From: the human T2T-CHM13v2.0 reference genome, Homo sapiens
Reading direction: 5' to 3' (one strand)
NCBI RefSeq assembly: GCF_009914755.1
Contig: NC_060937.1
Length of the DNA stretch: 64,000 nucleotides
The notes beneath the pieces were generated by a model that had not been told where the DNA came from, made no database searches, and worked only from the letters and a program-made list of their open reading frames with translations. Position 1 is the stretch's first letter. Every line of letters begins with the position of its first letter. The translations under genes were made by a program, and so were the position numbers. Of this stretch, positions 55,695 to 64,000 are shown in pieces.

Positions 55695-57369
55695 CCGATT
55701 TATTGATTTTTAAAGATTTTTTAATTGTGTTTCTGGTGGTTTAGCACCTTTGAGCTTCTCAGTGATGTCCTTGGTCCAGTGCCACACAGGACTTACAGAG
55801 AATAGACATTGAGAATAGGTATACTTAAGACATGAGGACATTAAGCATCTCTACTTTGGTCTCTAGGCACAAAGCCAAAAAGGAAGAGATGCATCCTCCC
55901 CTTTCAGGAGGAAGTACACCATGGCTTTGGCACAATGTAGCTTCCAGAGATTTCTCACATTTAGCATCATGACAACTCAGCATCATGAGGCATGGCTACT
56001 GCAGATGTAGGGTCTCTGTGGCTGCTTCTTTTCAGGTAGTGGAAGCAGAATAGATTTGCTCCTGAGGACTCCCAGGTAGAAGCAGAGAGATTTCAAGAGA
56101 ATCTGGGGATCCCAAAATTGTGACTGAGGGGACAAAGTCAGAAGAAATACGAGTTGTTACTACGAATGTGCCTTAATTCTATTCTCTAGGTGGGTATTAT
56201 ATGGTTAAATATGGGCAACACATTCTGATTAGGTTAATTTGAAATATTATATTTTAAATCCAATTTAATGAGGTATGAGAAAGAAAAAAAGATGGTAAAA
56301 TCAACTGCTCATCAACATGTCTTTATTTTTAAAAAGCCTCTTGTTTTGCACAAAAATTATTTCCTTGCTGTTTAACTGTTTTCAGATGATGAAAACTTTG
56401 CTTTGACTTCTAACTGCAAATTAATTCCAAAGCTCTTACAGGTCTGTAAATGGTAAAGAATGCAGAGGACCAGATTAAAAAAAAATTGTCTACCTTTAAG
56501 TTCATGTTGGTGTATAATGGATTATCTTTCTATTGCTATGCTTTCCTCATTTGTTTTTGAGAAATAAAACACAGTCACTGACATGAAAATGTTAAACTAA
56601 AGAGATTTTATGTCAGAGTATACTATCGGGGGTGATAAGCTGTAAATGCTACTACCCACTTATTTGTGAATGGGTAATTATCGTAAACATCGATGGTGAT
56701 GCTCCAAACATGTGCCACCTGGATCAAGCATTGCTTTCGTGATAAATACAGAAGTTGGCTTCACAAATCTTCATTCTGGTGACTCTCACAGTGGCCTTTA
56801 GTGCCTACAGCCCGTCAGAGTAACTAAAGGGGAAGATGGCTGCATAGAGCCTCAGGGTTGGCTAAGGAGGACACAACCTCCAGGTATCATGACCCCCCTA
56901 AAAGAAAAAATTTTATGTTGTTAGAAAACATGAATATTTCTCAAATGGATATAGTATCATATGAGAATAATAATAATACAAGTATTAAAGTAATGTCTTC
57001 TTAGAAACTTTGGGCACTATTTTCCCCAGGGGACTTCATTGATTACTCTGATATTAACAGCCATTTCCTCAAAACAGGTTTATTTTTTATTTTCATTATC
57101 TTTCTAACAGTCTTTAGATTTTTAAACTTTTCACTGGCAGCTTAAACTTAATTTTCACTGTTGAAAATGAAAGATATTATCTTTCCTTCTAAGCTATTAC
57201 ATATCCCCCCTCCCCGTCTTCTTACCTCTCCTACTCTTGACAATACACTTTTTTGCTTATACCGTGGAAGAGAGGCAGAAGAGGCCCAGTCTAGAATAGA
57301 GAGCATATGAAGATTCTGGCAGGTAGAAAAGGACCTAGGAAAGTATTTAGGATTTAGCAACTTGTTTGT

Positions 57370-57448
57370 TTGTTGTTTACATTTCAACATGTTGATTTTC
57401 CTAGAAACTACATTTAGGAAAATCAACATGTTGAAATATAAACAACAA
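57370..57448. repeat. inverted repeat: 34-bp arms, 1 mismatch, 11-nt loop
   Basis: ttgttgtttacatttcaacatgttgattttccta / taggaaaatcaacatgttgaaatataaacaacaa. Confidence 0.95.
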
Positions 57449-57532
57449 CAGCAACAACACCCTTTTAGCCCCTCCTTGCCTGATTGTAGGTTATACCAAA
57501 CTATGAGACTACTGTTCTTCTCAGGAAAGGAT

Positions 57533-58308
<776 letters not shown>

Positions 58309-58389
58309 AGGTTAAAAAGACCTATCTCCTTTCCAAAGCCAGTTGGTCAGAATTTATGTCTTTCTGAAAGCAAATAGAAGACCAATACT

Positions 58390-58690
58390 CAGTGGTGTGC
58401 TGACAAATGTTTAACACCTGGTTCTCTGTAAAACGGAAAAGAAAAAAAAACTCTGATTTGCAGCACTGGCTGATTTCTATAGTGTAAATACTTCATCATA
58501 GCTGATTCCAAGCCACCAATAAAACATCACTGAACTTGGAGTTGGGGAGAGAGTCACAGTAATACACCATTATATAGTATTTCTGCCATATACATATAAT
58601 AGACATAAATAATCTAAAGAGAATAGATAATACTATAATTTAATAAAATAAGTAGGAATCGATGAGTTAAGACTATTTATTGGCTTTCAA
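58390..58690 (+). mobile_element. MER63-like hAT DNA transposon fragment
   Basis: cagtggtgtgctgacaaatgtttaacacctgg...gtgtaaatactt...aagccaccaa...catcactgaac. Confidence 0.7.
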
Positions 58691-60348
58691 TTATTCCTCC
58701 TGTTTGGTTAATGGAGCTCCATTGGCCTCATTCTTCAAAACCAAGTCCCTTCTGTAGCGATGTTCTTTTTGCTCTACTACCTCATTTAAAACTCCTTTCT
58801 CTTATTTAAGGCTAATATAATATTTTATAACCTATTTATTCCTCAACACAATCTGGTTAACGTAAATAAATATGATCTACTATGTCCAACTTAGATTATG
58901 TTAGAAATAACAGAAGATAGATAATTTCGGGCATTCTCTTTCCATTGATTGTCTTCAGTAGTATGAGTGAGTGTGAATAGAAAACATTTGACTTTTTCTG
59001 AGAATTTGATATAATCTTTCCAGATTTTTTGAGGATTATATAGAACTACCTCTGTATAGTCTGTCGCAAATCCTTAGGATATTTCATGGGCTTCAAGCTT
59101 CCAACCAAAAACAGTGCCAATTTTCCTAATGGTTGCTAATTCAGATTCAAATACAACAAACACTTATGAATACCTATAATGTGCCACATATGAGGCTAAC
59201 CAAATGATTTCACATATGTATCTTGTTTAATCCTTAAACAAAGCTATAAAGTGGGTACTAATTCCATTTTACAGACGGGGAAACTGAGGTTAGTCTTGAG
59301 TTCTTTATATTTTGGGAAGCAAATGTGATTATTATGTGTCCCTACCATGATCAGTATATAGACATTAATTATCAAACACTCACAGCATTTCTTAGTAGGG
59401 AACCCTGGACTTAGGTAAATGAGGTTGTTCTAACGGCTCCAAGAAAGGAATTCTGTGTGAGTTGGTTCTACATTTACACTATAACAATAATTTAGAATGA
59501 CACTGTGGGCCACACATCACTAAAAGTATACAAGAAAATTTCAAATGAAAGTAATTAAATAATGTGTTCATCACATAAGAAGCTGTAACTCAATTTCAGG
59601 AAAAGTCACTATCAGTATCAACATTAAAAATAGTGCCTGGATCTACGTAAGTGCACCGATGAATTTTTTTCAGGTGATTTAAACTCAGACTGTATGAAAA
59701 AAAAATCAAGCTTTTTGTAGGTGGTTATTTCATCCTGACAGAATATCTTCTCTCTCAAGAAAGAGTAAAAGGCCATAAGAAAATCAGTAAAGACTAAGTT
59801 AAGTATAGCTGCAGTGAGTTGTTCAAGATAAAATAATAGACTGACAACTTTATTTGATAATACTAAAATAGGTGGGAAAATGAGAATTATTCACATAATT
59901 TGGTTCGTTGTACTACTATCACCTACCTTATCAAGCAGAAAATAAATTGCTCTCTGTCCACAATTAATAAAAATGCTACAGCTGCATGGTAGGAGTCTGG
60001 ACATAGATTAGCAAGGTTATGTTTAATTTGTGGGCATATGGATATCATCATTTCAGTGGATATCTTTCACATCCATTTATATCCATCATTTCTGTGGATG
60101 TATTTTTAATGATAGATATCATCTGTCATCTAAAAGACTGTATAATGCAATAGAAAATTTGGTATATATGATTATTATTAATTATATTAATTAAAATTAA
60201 TTAAAATTTATTTAAATGTGTCAGACATAATGCTAAGTAGATTCAATGCATTTTGTTATTATAATTTGAGTTCATATAATCATTGTTTTATATATATTAT
60301 ATATATTTATATATATATATATATATGAAGTTTATTGAGTGTCCATAT

Positions 60349-60525
60349 CAGAGATATTTTGACCTCGTATTGATATGGACTCTTTGAGAATTTGTTTAAA
60401 GCTATAGACCTGCTTAAGGAAAGATGCAAATATGTACATGAACATAAATGTTTGCATATAATATTAGGGGAACCATGAAATCCCTGATGCCCATCCCTGA
60501 ATTTCGACCTTACGAATCCTTATTC
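60349..60525. mobile_element. MER103-like hAT MITE, degenerate
   Basis: ggactctttgagaatttgtttaaagctatagacc...tttgcatataat...ccctgatgcccatcc. Confidence 0.5.
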
Positions 60526-61673
60526 TGCATGTCTTAGAACAGTGCTTATAGAATGTAATTGCAATCACATTTTTGTTTCCAAACCCTACTTATTTTAATT
60601 AATATTTGGCAGCTTAGAAGTTAAAGGATAGAATTTTGATAAATATGTTAATAATATTGTATGAAGAATGTATTCTTATCCTGAGGAAACAACTGGAAGA
60701 TACAATATATGCCAAGAGTGTCAAATGAAGAAGTTTATAGTAAGGTAGAACTGGAAACGATTTAAATGTCAGGAGTGTAGGATAAACAGATCATGCTATA
60801 ACAAATGTCATGAAGCCATTTGAATTGGAGATGCACATTAATATTTAATGTCTATAGCATATCACTGTGTCAAAAAGCAGGCTTCTAAGCAGCATATGTA
60901 CTATGTTTTGAAGTATATATATATATACACACTTTATATATATATTTATATATATATATGAAGTATTTAAAATATATATATATATTTTTTTTTTCCATAG
61001 GTATGTGGAAAAAGTCTGGGACAGTCCTTAGTTTTGTTCTTAAAATATTCAAGCTTGCTTGAGTAAAGAGATCTCATTGATGGGCTACGTAAGAAATTGT
61101 AAGAGAAATCTCCTGGGAATCCAGGAGTTGAAGCCATTATACAGCTGATGTCATGAAGTCTGGAGCTAGAGGAAGTTCTGGCTTTAAGGAGGCTCCAGGG
61201 GATCAGAATTTGGAGGCTTCCCTCTAATACTGCCGTTTAATGTGGCTCAGTCACACAGTGACTGTGACTCCCAGCTTCTTTCTGTTCCATTTTCAACTGG
61301 CGTGTGCATAATGCCTGCTTCTTGTAAATTTAACTTGCCTGTAGAACAGTATGGTTTCTTTAATTCATAACCTTTTGGTTTCAGAACTTATTGCTGTTTT
61401 TTAGTTTAAATTCTGAAGACAGAAATTATTACTTGGAATCTTATTGATCTGAGTTAGTTGCTGGACAATCAGTTGATTAGTTTTCTACGGAGATGCCTAC
61501 CTACAGCTGGAGTAATGGGAGAAGGTGTAAGTTTCACATCGTAGAAGCTATGTATGGGTAGGGTAATTTCATTTAGAAAAGACCTAGGTAGGTCGGCAGT
61601 ATAAAGAAGGCCTAATGAGAAGGATTATGTACCAGAAAATTAATAGTGGCTATCTCCAGATAGTAGAATCATA

Positions 61674-62524
61674 CAGCAAGTCCTCACTTAACAATGTGGG
61701 TAGGTTCTTGGAAACCATGACTTAAATACAACAAGATATAACAAAACCACTTTTACCATAGACTGATATAAACAAAAATTAAGTCCCTATGGCATATCAC
61801 TGGTCATGAAACATCACCAAACTTCTAAATAAACACCCAAAACACTTCTACTAGGTACTGAAATAAATGTCAGCTATATATATATTGAAGAAAAATTAAT
61901 AAAAACACAGTAATGATTTACCCAATTTTTGGTGAATGAGTGAGTGATGACAATTGTTGTGGTGGTGGCTTAAATTAAGGAATAAATGCTTAATTGTAAT
62001 TGTAAGTGAAATTTGTAAGGAGCAAAAATTGTAAGGAGCACCTCTTCCTACCATGAAGTTCAAAAACAATCACAAATATGGTGGTTTGATGAATGCTTTC
62101 CTACTGCTTCATTCATTGTCCTGCATTTGTATGGTTATCATAAACTTGACTGATTTTTATCTTACAACAATTTGTATCCATTCATTCATTTCCCAACCTG
62201 CTTATTCCAGTTCAGAATTGCTGGTGACTGGAGCCTATGTTGGCAGCTCAGGGTGCAGGGCACGAACCTGTGCTGGACAGGATACCATCCCATTACAGGG
62301 CGCACTGACACATAAACACACACACACACACTCACTCATATGAGGACAATTAAGACACACCTAATGTGCACATCTTTGGGATGTGGGAGGAAATCAGAGG
62401 ACCTGGAGGAAACCCACACAGGCATGGGGGAGAGCATGCAAACTCCACACAAACAGTGGCCCCCACATCTGATTCCTTTTTTCATGAATATTATAACTAA
62501 ACAAAATTATTTGGGTAGCTGCTG
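61674..62524 (+). mobile_element. MER6 (Tigger-group DNA transposon), near full length
   Basis: TA-cagcaagtcctcacttaac...ctgctg-TA; internal tgtgggaggaaa...gaggaaacccacacaggcatgggggagagcatgcaaactccacac. Confidence 0.88.
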
Positions 62525-63324
62525 TAAATGATTTTTTTTTGAAAATATGTATTTTGCGTGTTTCTCTACTTTCAAATTTGCCTATAGTGATTGTGCATGA
62601 TTTGAGAAACAGAGAAATAATATCACTACAATGTGGTTTGTACTTTTTCCTCTGTAATTTGTAGTTTTGTTCTAATTCTATTTGGTAGAAAAATTTCAAA
62701 TTCTAGCAATATAGTGTTGCTTTAGAAAAGAAGATATATACTGGCAAAAAAAAAAAAAAAAAAAAAGGAAAACAAGCGTTTGTATTTCAACCAATCTGAG
62801 CCAGTACTGGGTACCATTTTTAGTTGCTTAGCTTTATTTAGCAAGTGCTGGAGCTGGGGAGATACAGAGATAGATACTCCAAGACAGGGCCTCTGACCTT
62901 AAGTTCAGTCCACTAAATATTTACTGAGTATTTTAATATACAACAGATATCCAGAGTGATAATATACAATCACTGCATCCTCAAAGATCTAGGAATACAG
63001 TTAATTACAGGAACAGGAAAATAAAATTAATAATGCAAGATAATATATATGAAGGTCAAATGAGTGACCTGAGAGTTCAGAGGAGTGAGAAATCATTTCA
63101 AGTTGGAATGAATAAAAAAGACTTCATGGGAGATGTGGAATTTGAATAAGTCTTATTGGATGGGGAATGCTTGAGTAAATGGTATGATAGAGGGCATTAT
63201 TTTATAGGGGGAATAGCTAACAAAGGGTATATAGATAGGAAGGCACAAGGCACATTTGGGAGACATGCATGAACCTGTTTAGTGGGTTCAAATTGCAGAG
63301 TGGTGGTAGATAACACCGGAACGG

Positions 63325-63738
63325 TGTCTTAGTCCACTTTGCATTGCTACAAAGGAATACCTGAGGCTGAGTAATTGATAAAGAAAAGAGGTTTATTAAT
63401 ACTTGGCTCATAGTTCGGCCCACTGTACATGGCACCAGCATTTGCTTCACTGGTGAGGGCCTCAGGAAGCTTCCACTTATGGCAAAAGGCAAAGGGGAGT
63501 CAGCGTCACATGGTTGGAGAGGAGTAAAGTTGGGGGAGGGGATTTCAGGCTTTTAACCCACCAGTATTCCCATGAGCTAATAGGGTAAGAATGTGCTCAA
63601 TCCTGGGAGAGTGACACCAAGCCATTCATGAAGGATCCACCCCCATGACCCAAACACCTCCTACTAGGCCCCACCTCCAATACTGGGGATGAAATTTTAA
63701 CATAAGATTTGGAAGGGGCAAATATCCAAACTATATCA
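63325..63738 (-). mobile_element. MaLR solo LTR, MSTB-like
   Basis: tgtcttagtccactttgcattgctacaaaggaatacctgaggctg...aatatccaaactatatca; 5-bp TSD aacgg/aatgg. Confidence 0.88.
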
Positions 63739-63835
63739 AATGGCAAGTAGAGATGAGATCTGATGGAAAGCATTCCTAATATGCATTCATAAAATGCTTC
63801 ATAAAACTTTTTTTTTAATGTTTCAGTTTCAACTG

Positions 63836-64000
63836 TGTGTTAGTCTGTTTTGTGTTGCTATAATGGAATACCTGAGACTTGATAATTTACAAAGAAAAGA
63901 GTTTTATTTGGCTCATGGTTCTGCAGGCTGTACAAGAAGCATGGTGCCAGCATCTTCCTGAGGTCAGGACCTCAGGAAGCTTTTCCTCATTGTGAAAGGT
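63836..64000 (-). mobile_element. MaLR LTR, MSTB-like, running off the window end
   Basis: tgtgttagtctgttttgtgttgctataatggaatacctgagact...ttctgcaggctgtacaagaagcatggtgccagcatc. Confidence 0.85.

Noticed and set aside
62746-62766. Isolated A21 run as a retro-insertion
   Set aside because: No convincing TSD or attached element; treated as a simple homopolymer.
63325-64000. Two same-orientation MSTB LTRs about 97 bp apart as an internally deleted provirus
   Set aside because: The first LTR has its own 5-bp TSD (aacgg/aatgg), so it is a solo LTR; the second appears to be an independent insertion.

Overview
AT-rich primate (almost certainly human) intergenic or intronic DNA, made up largely of fossil transposable elements: about 23 Alu/FLAM copies from AluJ to a young AluYb-lineage insert, a 3.3 kb 5'-truncated L1PA, older L1M/L2/L3/MIR fragments, many solo LTRs (MaLR, ERVL, ERV1) and DNA transposons (Charlie1-type, MADE1, MER6, MER63, MER103). 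I found no CpG island, no recognisable protein-coding gene, no RNA gene and no CRISPR array. The longer ORFs in the track are Alu- or L1-derived or chance. I do not see a new multi-gene system. The most unusual signals are mutational footprints: two short-range templated duplications (17147-17637 to 20387-20826; 40400-40519 to 42020-42139), several fold-back hairpins that overwrite TE consensus sequence, a 38-bp retro-insertion whose empty site survives in the duplicate, three minisatellites (32, 50, 55 bp), and a young Alu 57 bp from an inverted Alu. Repeat family names come from my recall of consensus sequences, not a database search. Subfamily calls and the boundaries of old elements are approximate.
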